From: an uncultured Planctomycetaceae bacterium
GTDB lineage: Bacteria > Planctomycetota > Phycisphaerae > SM23-33
NCBI GenBank assembly: GCA_964480425.1
Contig: CAYZPY010000004.1
Location: forward strand, 1-46,270
Length of the DNA: 46,270 bases
Direction: 5' to 3'
Below, piece after piece: positions 37,824-46,270 of the stretch; position 1 is the stretch's first letter; every line of letters starts with the position of its first letter. The notes below the pieces were generated by a model, which did no database searches, was not told where the DNA came from, and saw nothing but the letters and a program-made list of their open reading frames with translations. A program made the translations under genes and the position numbers.

Positions 37824-39204
37824 CGCCGGCAATAACAACAAGGCGCCCTTGTGCGCGTCGACCCGAAGCGGGCGAATTACAGGCGGAATTATTGCTTGTA
37901 TAATCGCCCTGGTGGTGCTGTGCGGCGGGACAGGCCTGGGCGTTTACTGGATGCTCCACAAACCCAGGGCGCAGCGTCGCCCGGCCAGGAGCGGCGCGCT
38001 GCTTGTGGAGGTCAGGCCCGTCAGCAGGACCGCACACCAGGTGGTGGTTCACGCCATGGGCACTGTCACCGCGGCGAGTAATATAAGCATCGCCCCCCGC
38101 GTGGGCGGACAGGTGACCGACGTGAGCGAAAAGTTCGAGCCCGGCGGACTGTTCGGCGCCGGCGAGCAGATGTTCCAGATAGACCGCGAGGATTACGAGA
38201 TAGCCGTCCAAAGGGCCCGCTTGGCGCTGGAGCAGAGCGAACTCGTCGCCCGACAGCGCAAAAACGACATATCGCTGCGGAAAGCCGAACTGGCCAAGAC
38301 CAGGGAGGCGCTGAAGGTCGAGCTGGGCAGGTGCGCCGTGGCCCGGCGGGAGTACGAACTGCTCGGCGAGGAGATAAGCCGGGAAGACCGCGAACTGGTC
38401 CTGCGCAAACCGCAACTGGCAAGCGCCCGCGCGGCGGTGGAGGCGGCAGAGGCGGCGGTCGCCTCGTCCCAGGCGGCGGCAGATGCAGCCGACAGCGCGG
38501 TCGAGGATGCAAAAAATACACTCCGCGAGGTCAAACTGGACCTGTTCCGCACAACAGTCAAAGCGCCGTTCAACGGCACGGTGATAAAAAGCAGTATCGA
38601 TCCCGGCTCGCAGGTGGCGACCGGACAGGGCGTGGCGAGGTTCGTAGGAACGGATGAATTTTGGGTTGAAGTGCTGGTTCCCGTTGACCAGTTGCCGTGG
38701 ATCGAAATACCCGCCCGCGACGGGAAGGCCTCGAAGGTCCGCATCTATCACGAGGCGTACTGGGGTCATGATAAGTTCAGGACGGGTAAGGTATTACGGC
38801 TGATCAGGCAACTGGAGCCCCAGGGTAGAATGGCCCGGTTGCTGGTGTCGGTGGAAGATCCGTTAGGCCTGTCCGAGCCCCAAAACGGCGAGATGGCGAT
38901 GATACTCGACGCCTATGTGGACGTCGCCATCGAGGGCAGACGGATTCATGACGTGGTCGTGGTGGACCGTGACAATATCCACGACGGCGAGAAGGTCTGG
39001 GTCGCCGGCGCGGACGATAAACTGCAAATTCGCAAAGTCAAAATCGCCTGGGCCGGCCGCGACGTGGTTTACGTTTCGCGCGGGCTTGACGACGGCGACC
39101 GCCTCATAACCAGCGACCTTGCCTCTCCGGTGGAAGGCCAGTTGCTTCGCGTGTCCGGCGGCGAAGACGGCAAACCCCAAGCCCCGCGGGAGCCCCGACG
39201 GTGA
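37789..39204 (+). CDS. RND efflux membrane fusion protein
   Basis: TM anchor, IAPRVGGQV, TTVKAPFNG, GLDDGD.LI. Confidence 0.92.
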   Translation: MTHRSPKKMKTSAGNNNKAPLCASTRSGRITGGIIACIIALVVLCGGTGLGVYWMLHKPRAQRRPARSGALLVEVRPVSRTAHQVVVHAMGTVTAASNISIAPRVGGQVTDVSEKFEPGGLFGAGEQMFQIDREDYEIAVQRARLALEQSELVARQRKNDISLRKAELAKTREALKVELGRCAVARREYELLGEEISREDRELVLRKPQLASARAAVEAAEAAVASSQAAADAADSAVEDAKNTLREVKLDLFRTTVKAPFNGTVIKSSIDPGSQVATGQGVARFVGTDEFWVEVLVPVDQLPWIEIPARDGKASKVRIYHEAYWGHDKFRTGKVLRLIRQLEPQGRMARLLVSVEDPLGLSEPQNGEMAMILDAYVDVAIEGRRIHDVVVVDRDNIHDGEKVWVAGADDKLQIRKVKIAWAGRDVVYVSRGLDDGDRLITSDLASPVEGQLLRVSGGEDGKPQAPREPRR

Positions 39205-42200
39205 ACGACGAATCCCAATCCACCCCCAAAAAGGGACCCATCGCGTGGATGGCGGGCAATTCTGTGGCCGCCAATCTCGTCATGGTGGTGTTCATCGCCG
39301 GCGGATTCATCGCCATGCTGAATATCAAGCAGGAGTTCTTTCCGGACCTGACGCTTGAGCAGGTCGAGGTGCGTGTGGTTTATCCCGGCGCCAGTCCCGA
39401 CGAGGTCGAGGATGGCATACTTCAGTCCATCGAAGAGGCGGTCAGCGACCTGGAGGGCGTTGACGAGATAACATCAACCGCGCGCGAGGGAGGCGGAACG
39501 GTCATAGTCGAAGCGATTCTGGGAACCGACATAAACCGCCTGACGCAGGAAGTTCAGGCCGAGGTTGACAGAATCCGGACCTTTCCCGAAAGCGCCGAGG
39601 AGCCGGAAGTCCGCGCCGTGGCGCGCAAGCGCGGCGTGCTGGAAGTGGCGATTTACGGCGACGTGAGCGAAAGCGCGCTTCGTCGCACGGCGGAGAAACT
39701 GCGGGACGAACTTCTCCAGCACACGGACATAACCAGCGCGGAACTGGAGGGCGTGCGGACGCCGCAGATTAACATTGAAATCCCGCAGGAGAACCTGCGG
39801 CGTTATGGCCTGAGTCTGGAGGAGGTTGCCCGACGGGTCAGCAATGCCGCCCTGGACGTGCCGGGCGGGGGTCTAAAGACGCCGGGCGGGGAGATACTCG
39901 TTCGCGTCAAGGAGCGCCGCGACTGGGGAAGGCAGTTCGCCCGCCTGCCCGTGGTGAATGCGTCGGACGGTACGGAGGTTCCCCTGGACAGGATCGCCGA
40001 GGTGACCGACGGCTTCGAGGATGTGGACCGCCACGCCTTATACAACGGCAAGCGCGCGGCGATGATCGAGGTTTACCGCGTGGGCGACCAGACCCCCACC
40101 CGGGTCGCCGATGCCGTACGCGAGGTATTGGCCGAATATAAGCCGATACTCCCCCCGGGCGTGGACACTGCCATACGGCGCGACCGCTCGGAGTTTTACG
40201 CACAGCGAGTCGAACTGCTCATGCGCAACCTGTCCATCGGTCTGGTGCTGGTCCTGATAATACTGGGGCTGTTTTTGGAGATCCGCCTGGCGTTTTGGGT
40301 GATGCTGGGGATACCGATTTCGTTCCTCGGCTCGTTCCTGTTTCTTCCGTCGCTGGGCGTTTCGGTGAACATGATATCGCTGTTCGCCTACATAATCGCG
40401 GTGGGCATCGTGGTGGACGACGCCATCGTGGTGGGCGAAAATGTCTATCACTACCGTCAGGAGGGCATGGGATTTTTGAAGGCGGCGATTCGCGGGGCGC
40501 GCGAAGTGGCCTCGCCCGTGACTTTCAGCATCCTGACCAACATAGCCGCATTTATGCCCCTGGCGCTGATACCCGGAACGACCGGCAAGATTTTCAGGAT
40601 GATACCTCTGGTTGTGATAACGGTTTTTCTGATATCGCTGGTCGAGAGTCTGTTCGTGCTTCCAGCGCACCTTAGTCACGCGGGCAAGCGTGTCCGGAGG
40701 CGAGGCGTGTTCGCCTGGATTCACGGAAGGCAACAGGCGTTCAGTCGCGGTTTCCGGCGGTTTGTGCAGGATGTTTACGGCCCGTTCCTCTGGAGGGTGC
40801 TGAGTCACCGCTACGTGACGCTGGCGGTAGCGGCGGGGATACTGGTGATGATGCTGGGATACGCCGGAAGCGGGCGAATGGGCTTCGCCATGTTTCCGGT
40901 GGTGGAATCGGACTTGGCCTATGGGCAATTGGTCCTGCCTTACGGCGCGCCGGTCGCCCACACCGACGCTGTCGTAAAACGGATGGTTGACAGTGCCCGC
41001 AAGGTTGCGGTGGAGTGCGGGCATCCGGAACTGGTGGAGGGCATTTTCGCCGACGTCGGCAGGGAGGGCAGCCATACCGCCCGGGTAATGGTTTACCTTG
41101 CCGACCCGGATATTCGCGAGAAGATAATGAGCACGGGCGAATTCACCCGCCGCTGGCGGCGCGAGGTGGGCGAGGTCGCCGGTGTGGAGTACATTAAATT
41201 CACTGCGGATTTCGGCGGTCCTGGCAGCAGGGGGTCGCCGGTGAACGTCGAACTGAGCCATCGCGAAATCGGCGTGCTGGAGGAGGTCAGCGGCGAGGTG
41301 GCCGCCGAACTGGAAACCTACCCGCTGGTCAGGGACGTCGACGACGGATTCCAGCCGGGCAAACCGCAACTGGACTTCAAGGTGCTGCCCGAGGGCAAGA
41401 GTCTGGGCCTGACCGCCCGCGAGATCAGCAGGCAGGTCCGCAACTCCTTTTACGGGGCCGAGGCCATCCGCCAGCAGCGCGGGCGGGACGAGATAAAGAT
41501 CATGGTTCGCCTTCCCGGGCATCAGCGTGATTCCGAGTACAACATCGAGAATCTGCTGGTGCGCACGCCCGCCGGCACATTCGTACCGCTGCGTGAGGTT
41601 GCGCGGCGCGACCGGGGGCGTGCGTACACCGTCATCAACCGCAGGCAGGGTCGGCGCATCGTTCAGGTGACCGCCGTGGTAACTCCCCGCTCGAAGGCGG
41701 GCGAGGTGCTCGCCGACGTCAAGAGTTCCATCCTTCCGAAGGTTATGAATAAATATCCTGGCCTGAGTTACAGTTTCGAGGGTCACCAGGCCGACATACG
41801 CGAAAGTCTCGGGTCGCTGCAGGTCGGATTCATCCTGGCAATGATGGTGATTTACGCGATGCTGGCGATTCCTTTCCGGAGTTACGTCCAGCCGCTGATT
41901 ATTATGGTGAGCATACCGTTCGGCGTCATAGGCGCCATAATCGGCCACCTTATAATGGGTTACGACCTTTCGTTGCCGAGCATGTTCGGCATAGTGGCGT
42001 TGTCGGGTGTGGTGGTGAATGATTCGCTGGTTCTTATAGACTTCGCCAACCGTCGTCGTCGGGATGTCGGCATGGCGCCGCGCGAGGCGATACACGAGGC
42101 GGCCATTCAAAGGTTCCGCCCGATATTGTTGACCACGCTGACGACGTTCGGCGGGCTGGCGCCGATGATCTTCGAGACCTCCAGGCAGGCGCGGTTCCTG

Positions 42201-42359
42201 ATACCAATGGCGCTGTCGCTTGGTTTCGGGCTGCTGTTCGCCACGCTCATCACGCTGGGTCTGGTTCCGTCGTTGTACATGATAATCGAGGATGCGCGGC
42301 GCGCCGCCGGGACCGTGATGAAATGGATTCGCCGACCCGCAGGTCCGTTAACCGATTAA
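39201..42359 (+). CDS. RND efflux permease (AcrB/AcrD/AcrF family)
   Basis: YPGASP.EVE, GIVVDDAIVVGEN, GVVVNDSLVL, RFRPILLTTLTT; 1052 aa. Confidence 0.97.
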   Translation: MNDESQSTPKKGPIAWMAGNSVAANLVMVVFIAGGFIAMLNIKQEFFPDLTLEQVEVRVVYPGASPDEVEDGILQSIEEAVSDLEGVDEITSTAREGGGTVIVEAILGTDINRLTQEVQAEVDRIRTFPESAEEPEVRAVARKRGVLEVAIYGDVSESALRRTAEKLRDELLQHTDITSAELEGVRTPQINIEIPQENLRRYGLSLEEVARRVSNAALDVPGGGLKTPGGEILVRVKERRDWGRQFARLPVVNASDGTEVPLDRIAEVTDGFEDVDRHALYNGKRAAMIEVYRVGDQTPTRVADAVREVLAEYKPILPPGVDTAIRRDRSEFYAQRVELLMRNLSIGLVLVLIILGLFLEIRLAFWVMLGIPISFLGSFLFLPSLGVSVNMISLFAYIIAVGIVVDDAIVVGENVYHYRQEGMGFLKAAIRGAREVASPVTFSILTNIAAFMPLALIPGTTGKIFRMIPLVVITVFLISLVESLFVLPAHLSHAGKRVRRRGVFAWIHGRQQAFSRGFRRFVQDVYGPFLWRVLSHRYVTLAVAAGILVMMLGYAGSGRMGFAMFPVVESDLAYGQLVLPYGAPVAHTDAVVKRMVDSARKVAVECGHPELVEGIFADVGREGSHTARVMVYLADPDIREKIMSTGEFTRRWRREVGEVAGVEYIKFTADFGGPGSRGSPVNVELSHREIGVLEEVSGEVAAELETYPLVRDVDDGFQPGKPQLDFKVLPEGKSLGLTAREISRQVRNSFYGAEAIRQQRGRDEIKIMVRLPGHQRDSEYNIENLLVRTPAGTFVPLREVARRDRGRAYTVINRRQGRRIVQVTAVVTPRSKAGEVLADVKSSILPKVMNKYPGLSYSFEGHQADIRESLGSLQVGFILAMMVIYAMLAIPFRSYVQPLIIMVSIPFGVIGAIIGHLIMGYDLSLPSMFGIVALSGVVVNDSLVLIDFANRRRRDVGMAPREAIHEAAIQRFRPILLTTLTTFGGLAPMIFETSRQARFLIPMALSLGFGLLFATLITLGLVPSLYMIIEDARRAAGTVMKWIRRPAGPLTD

Positions 42360-42370
42360 GCAATTAACAG
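42347..42370. repeat. Degenerate 8-mer array (3 units) overlapping the RND stop
   Basis: GTTAACCG ATTAAGCA ATTAACAG. Confidence 0.55.
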
Positions 42371-42435
42371 TTGGGGTGGTATTATGGTATATATTCAGGA
42401 AGTTGAGTTGTTTTTACATGGAAGGAGAAACGACA

Positions 42436-43605
42436 TTGTGGGATAAATCCGAGCGACTAAAAGCGTTGCCGCCTTACTTATTTCTGGAGATAGACAAGGC
42501 CAAGCGTGACGCGCTTGCCATGGGTCGAGACGTTATCAACCTGGGGGTTGGCGACCCGGACCGCCCCACGTTCGATTTCATTATCAAGCGGCTGAAAAAG
42601 GCCGCCGACGAACCGTCCAACCACCGCTACCCGTTCGACGAGGGCGTGCCCCAGTTTCGCCAGGCGGCGGCGAATTTTATGAAGTCCCGCTACGGCGTGG
42701 ATGCGGACCCCGTGGGGGAGGTCATCACCACCATCGGCTCCAAGGACGGCATAGCCCACCTTCCACTTGCCGTGGTGGACCCCGGGCAGGTAGTGCTGGT
42801 TCCTCGCCCGGGATACCCGGTCTATAACTCCGCCTCGATATTCGCCGGCGCCAGGACGAATTATCTCCCGCTGAGCGAGCAGAACGGCTGGCTGGTCGAT
42901 TTGGAGTCGATCCCGCAGGAAGTCGCCCGACAGGCGCGCCTGATATACGTGAACTACCCCAACAATCCGACGGCGTCCACCGCCTCTGACCAGTGGTGCG
43001 CCGAGCTGGTGTCATGGGCGAAGGAAAACGAGGTTATCGTCGCCTCCGACGCCGCCTACAACGAGGTCTATTTCGACGACGACAACCGCCCGCCGAGCAT
43101 ATTGCAGGCGCCCGGAGGCAAGGACGTGTCCGTGGAGTTCCACTCGTTGTCCAAGACGTTCAACATGACCGGTTGGCGCCTTGGCTTCGCGGTGGGCAAC
43201 GCCGATATAATCGCCGCTCTGGCGCAGGTAAAGGGCAACGTGGACTCCGGGCAGTTCAACGCCATCCAGTGGGCCGGGGCCGAAGCGCTGGAGAACTACG
43301 ACAGCGACGAGGTCGTCGAACAGCGCGAGATTTATCATCGCCGGCGCGATATTTTATGCGATGGACTTCAGCAGGGCGGATATCGCGTCTCCAGGCCCGC
43401 GGCGACGTTCTACGTCTGGGGGGCGTGCCCCGACGGGGTGGACTCGATGACCTTCGCCAGGCGCTGCCTTGACGAGGCCGACGTGGTCCTCATACCGGGC
43501 GCGGGCTTCGGTGAACCGGCCGAGGGATATTTCCGTGCGTCCCTGACCGTTCCCGAAAAGCGCCTCACAGAGGCGGTCGAACGCCTGGGCAAAATAAAAT
43601 GGTGA
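42436..43605 (+). CDS. dapL: LL-diaminopimelate aminotransferase
   Basis: LPPYLF, LGVGDPD, GSKDGI, NYPNNPT, D.AY, SLSKTFNMTGWR, VDSGQF; TTG start after GAAGGAG. Confidence 0.85.
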   Translation: MWDKSERLKALPPYLFLEIDKAKRDALAMGRDVINLGVGDPDRPTFDFIIKRLKKAADEPSNHRYPFDEGVPQFRQAAANFMKSRYGVDADPVGEVITTIGSKDGIAHLPLAVVDPGQVVLVPRPGYPVYNSASIFAGARTNYLPLSEQNGWLVDLESIPQEVARQARLIYVNYPNNPTASTASDQWCAELVSWAKENEVIVASDAAYNEVYFDDDNRPPSILQAPGGKDVSVEFHSLSKTFNMTGWRLGFAVGNADIIAALAQVKGNVDSGQFNAIQWAGAEALENYDSDEVVEQREIYHRRRDILCDGLQQGGYRVSRPAATFYVWGACPDGVDSMTFARRCLDEADVVLIPGAGFGEPAEGYFRASLTVPEKRLTEAVERLGKIKW

Positions 43606-43657
43606 GTCAGTGAATCGGTGAAAAGGTGAACCGGTCAACCGATTAATCGATCAACTG
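43602..43657. repeat. Degenerate 8-mer array (7 units) starting at the dapL stop
   Basis: GTGAGTCA GTGAATCG GTGAAAAG GTGAACCG GTCAACCG ATTAATCG ATCAACTG. Confidence 0.8.
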
Positions 43658-43665
43658 ATACTGAC

Positions 43666-44148
43666 ATGGACCCCAAGACGGCATACATCGCGATGGGCAG
43701 CAACGTCGGCGACAAGGCCAGGACGCTCCTGGAGGCCGCCAAAATGCTCGACGAGACCCGAGGGGTGGACGTTATTGCGATATCTCCGATGCTGCTTACC
43801 GAGCCGGTCGGCGGTCCCCCGGACCAGGACAGGTACCTCAACGCGGCGGTCAAAGTCCGCACCACTCTGGACCCGTGGGAGCTTCTGGAGGTTCTTGGCG
43901 ATATCGAGTCGCGACTGGGTCGCGATCGCAGCAGTGAGCAGCGGTGGGGTCCGCGGACGTGCGACCTTGACATACTCATCATGGACGACGTGGTGGTGAA
44001 CTCCCGTGAGTTGACCATACCGCACCCGCATATGCACGAGCGGCTGTTCGTGCTGCGCCCGCTGGCGAAGATAGGCGCCCATGTCGTGCATCCCACGCTC
44101 AACAAGACGGTGGCGCAGATGCTTGATGAACTGGAGGGCGGGCGGTGA
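43666..44148 (+). CDS. folK: 2-amino-4-hydroxy-6-hydroxymethyldihydropteridine diphosphokinase
   Basis: AYIAMGSN, Q..YLNAA, RWGPRTCDLDIL, LTIPHP.MHER.FVL.PL. Confidence 0.97.
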   Translation: MDPKTAYIAMGSNVGDKARTLLEAAKMLDETRGVDVIAISPMLLTEPVGGPPDQDRYLNAAVKVRTTLDPWELLEVLGDIESRLGRDRSSEQRWGPRTCDLDILIMDDVVVNSRELTIPHPHMHERLFVLRPLAKIGAHVVHPTLNKTVAQMLDELEGGR

Positions 44149-44768
44149 GCGCCTCGCTGGTGAGCATAATAGGCCCCCCGGCAGTGGGTAAAACGACCCT
44201 GGCGGAGTTTTTGTGTGAGGATTTGCCGGCGGAGATTATCCGCGAGGATTACGCGGGCAATCCGTTCCTGGTGGATTCTTACGTGGGTCAGCAGCGATGG
44301 TGTCTTCCGGCGCAGTTGTATTTTCTGCTTGGGCGCGTGAGCCAGTTGTCGGCGTCGAGTTGGCCCCCAGGCGGGCTGTTCGTCAGCGATTACGGCTATT
44401 GTCAGGACCGCATCTACGCCCGGGAGCGCCTGGCGAGGGCGGATTTTTCCGCTTACTGCGCCGTTGCCGACCGTTTCGACGGGCTGGTTCACGCCCCGGA
44501 CGTGATTATTCACCTCGACGCTCCCGAGGAACTGCTGCTTGAAAGGATAGCGGCGCGTGGCAGGGACTTCGAGCAGGTCATGGACGCCGGCTTTTTGGGC
44601 CGGATGAGGGCCCGGTACGCCCGATACGCGAGCGGATGCAACTGTCCCGTGGTGGCGGCGGACTGCGGTTCGGTCGATTTTCGCAGCCGCGAGCGACGGG
44701 AGGATTTGGTCGCCCGCGTCCGCCGGCGGCTTGGCGAAATTAAAACATCCGCGAACACCGAAGCGTAA
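44145..44768 (+). CDS. Deoxynucleoside kinase family protein
   Basis: GPPAVGKTT, NPFL..Y, QLYFL..R, VSDY, PD.IIHL, RI..RGR.FE. Confidence 0.88.
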   Translation: MSASLVSIIGPPAVGKTTLAEFLCEDLPAEIIREDYAGNPFLVDSYVGQQRWCLPAQLYFLLGRVSQLSASSWPPGGLFVSDYGYCQDRIYARERLARADFSAYCAVADRFDGLVHAPDVIIHLDAPEELLLERIAARGRDFEQVMDAGFLGRMRARYARYASGCNCPVVAADCGSVDFRSRERREDLVARVRRRLGEIKTSANTEA

Positions 44769-44775
44769 GAACGAT

Positions 44776-45636
44776 ATGAACGTAACGCGGACCATCGAGC
44801 AGACCCGCCGACAGGTGGCGTCGCTGCGCGGCGCCGGAAGCGTGGGGCTGGTGCCCACGATGGGCGCCCTGCACGCCGGTCACCTGTCGCTGATAGACGC
44901 CGCCCGCGGCGAATGCGGGGCGGTGGTGGTGAGTATATTCGTGAATCCGACCCAGTTCGCCCCGGGCGAGGATCTGCACGACTATCCGCGAACGCCGGAT
45001 GAAGATTTGGCCGCCTGCGAGTCGCACGGCGTGGACGTGGTGTTCGCCCCGACGGTGGCGGAAATGTACCCGTCCGAGCCGCTTACGGAAGTGAACGTAA
45101 AAGACCTGGACCGGCGCCTGTGCGGCGCCAGCCGGGAAGGACACTTCACCGGCGTGTGCACAGTGGTGACCAAACTGTTTAACATAATTCGTCCGGACGC
45201 GGCGTATTTCGGCGCCAAGGACTACCAGCAGTCGGTGATTGTCCGCCGGATGGTCGAGGACTTGAACTTTCCCGTGAAGATAATAGTCTGCCCCACCGTC
45301 CACGAAGACGACGGGCTTGCGGTGTCCAGTCGGAATACCTACCTCACCGCCGACCAGCGGAAGGAGGCGTCGGCGCTGTATCGGTCGCTGCGAGAGGCGC
45401 GCGAAATGATAGAGCGGCGACATCCTCCCGCGGCCGATGTTGTCGAGACCATCCGACAGCGCCTTGCATCCGACGCACCCAGCGGCGAGATTGATTATGT
45501 CAGCATCGTTGACCCCCACACCCTGCGGGAAGTAGAAAACACCAGCGGTCCCGTCGTGGCGGCCCTGGCGGTAAAGTTTGGCAAGGCCAGATTAATTGAT
45601 AATATGACAATAGATTCACACCCAACGAGCGAATGA
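44776..45636 (+). CDS. panC: Pantoate--beta-alanine ligase
   Basis: VPTMGALHAGH, SIFVNPTQF, REGHFTGV, FGAKDYQQ, DGLAVSSRN, RLIDN. Confidence 0.98.
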   Translation: MNVTRTIEQTRRQVASLRGAGSVGLVPTMGALHAGHLSLIDAARGECGAVVVSIFVNPTQFAPGEDLHDYPRTPDEDLAACESHGVDVVFAPTVAEMYPSEPLTEVNVKDLDRRLCGASREGHFTGVCTVVTKLFNIIRPDAAYFGAKDYQQSVIVRRMVEDLNFPVKIIVCPTVHEDDGLAVSSRNTYLTADQRKEASALYRSLREAREMIERRHPPAADVVETIRQRLASDAPSGEIDYVSIVDPHTLREVENTSGPVVAALAVKFGKARLIDNMTIDSHPTSE

Positions 45637-45664
45637 ATTACCCGCGTAAACATATAGTGACGCC

Positions 45665-46021
45665 ATGCTGCTGAAATTATTACGAGCAAAAATACACCGC
45701 GCCACGATAACGGCGGCGGAGGTGGACTACGTCGGTTCGATAACCATAGACCGCGACCTTCTGGACGCCTCGGGAATCCTTCCCGGTGAGTTCGTGCTTG
45801 TTGCGGACCTGGCCGACGGGGCGAGGTTCGAGACCTACGTCATCGAGGGCGCCCGCGGAAGCGGGACGATATGCATCAACGGCGCTGCCGCCAGACTCGT
45901 CAACGTCGGCGACCTGTGCATAATCATGGCCTACGGGTACGCAACGCCCGACGAGGCCAAGCAGATTTCGGCGAAAGTCGTGCTGGTGGACAGGGATAAC
46001 CGGATAGAAAGGATGCTTTAA
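45665..46021 (+). CDS. panD: Aspartate 1-decarboxylase
   Basis: KIHRATIT, YVG|SITID cleavage site, RFETY, INGAAAR. Confidence 0.98.
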   Translation: MLLKLLRAKIHRATITAAEVDYVGSITIDRDLLDASGILPGEFVLVADLADGARFETYVIEGARGSGTICINGAAARLVNVGDLCIIMAYGYATPDEAKQISAKVVLVDRDNRIERML

Positions 46022-46064
46022 GCGGGCGCAGCAGCGGCCCGGTTTACAGCACAATGTGAGGCGG

Positions 46065-46270
46065 ATGCTGGATTATATCGTCGATTTCGGAACAGTGGAG
46101 ATATTCGGCAAGGAATTTGCGCTGCGTATATACGGCTACGGATTCATGCTGGTGCTGGGCTTTCTGGGTGGGATATATCTTGCCCGGTGGCGAGCCAAGC
46201 GCGCCGGCGAAGACCCCGAGCACATCACGCGCTGCGGAATACTGGCGCTGGTGGGCGGGGTGGTCGGCGC
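46065..46270 (+). CDS. lgt: Prolipoprotein diacylglyceryl transferase (5' part, runs off window)
   Basis: Manual translation MLDYIVDFG..LRIYGYGFMLVLGFLGG..ARWRAKR.GEDP...GGVVGA, the Lgt N-terminal pattern. Confidence 0.85.
   Translation, partial: MLDYIVDFGTVEIFGKEFALRIYGYGFMLVLGFLGGIYLARWRAKRAGEDPEHITRCGILALVGGVVG

Noticed and set aside
40038-42110. Long antisense ORF (690 aa), likewise 31021..32670, 43635..44858, 1265..2431 and 37603..38769
   Set aside because: Shadow frames opposite well-supported genes in GC-rich DNA; no recognisable motifs
43602-43657. Short arrays as CRISPR
   Set aside because: Units are 7-9 bp with no spacers, and there are no cas genes
43666-46021. folK-dNK-panC-panD without panB; his genes without hisG/H/A/F
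   Set aside because: Split operons are common in this lineage; the missing genes are probably elsewhere

Overview
Chromosomal window from a GC-rich bacterium, most likely Planctomycetota (Phycisphaerae-like). This is inferred from the DUF4159/prenyltransferase protein, a PEP-CTERM tail and the pilin style. Layout: (1) 1-7598, 3' part of a T2SS/type IV pilus operon: PilC/GspF, four GspG-like pilins, H-like, J-like and an 817-aa K/PilX-like gene. (2) 7930-13843, a convergent array of three mosaic paralogous exported proteins, each with an N-terminal beta-rich domain plus six tandem Sm/Hfq-like modules. (3) Housekeeping genes: Cof-type HAD, hisD, hisC, hisB, tkt, maf, ilvN, ilvB. An AT-rich GxxExxY nuclease cassette bounded by 21-bp inverted repeats sits between hisD and hisC. 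There is also a decayed Y1/RAYT-like transposase fragment and a probable ilvB leader-peptide attenuator. (4) DUF4159 protein, sppA, a promoter-driven structured RNA, a HAD hydrolase and an orphan PEP-CTERM fragment. (5) A MacAB-TolC-like ABC exporter, an SMP-30-like lipoprotein and a TetR-RND efflux operon. (6) dapL, folK, deoxynucleoside kinase, panC, panD and the start of lgt. Short degenerate 7-, 8- and 9-mer arrays repeatedly start at stop codons. No rRNA, tRNA, CRISPR array or intact transposase was seen. All calls come from reading the sequence by eye; no searches were run.
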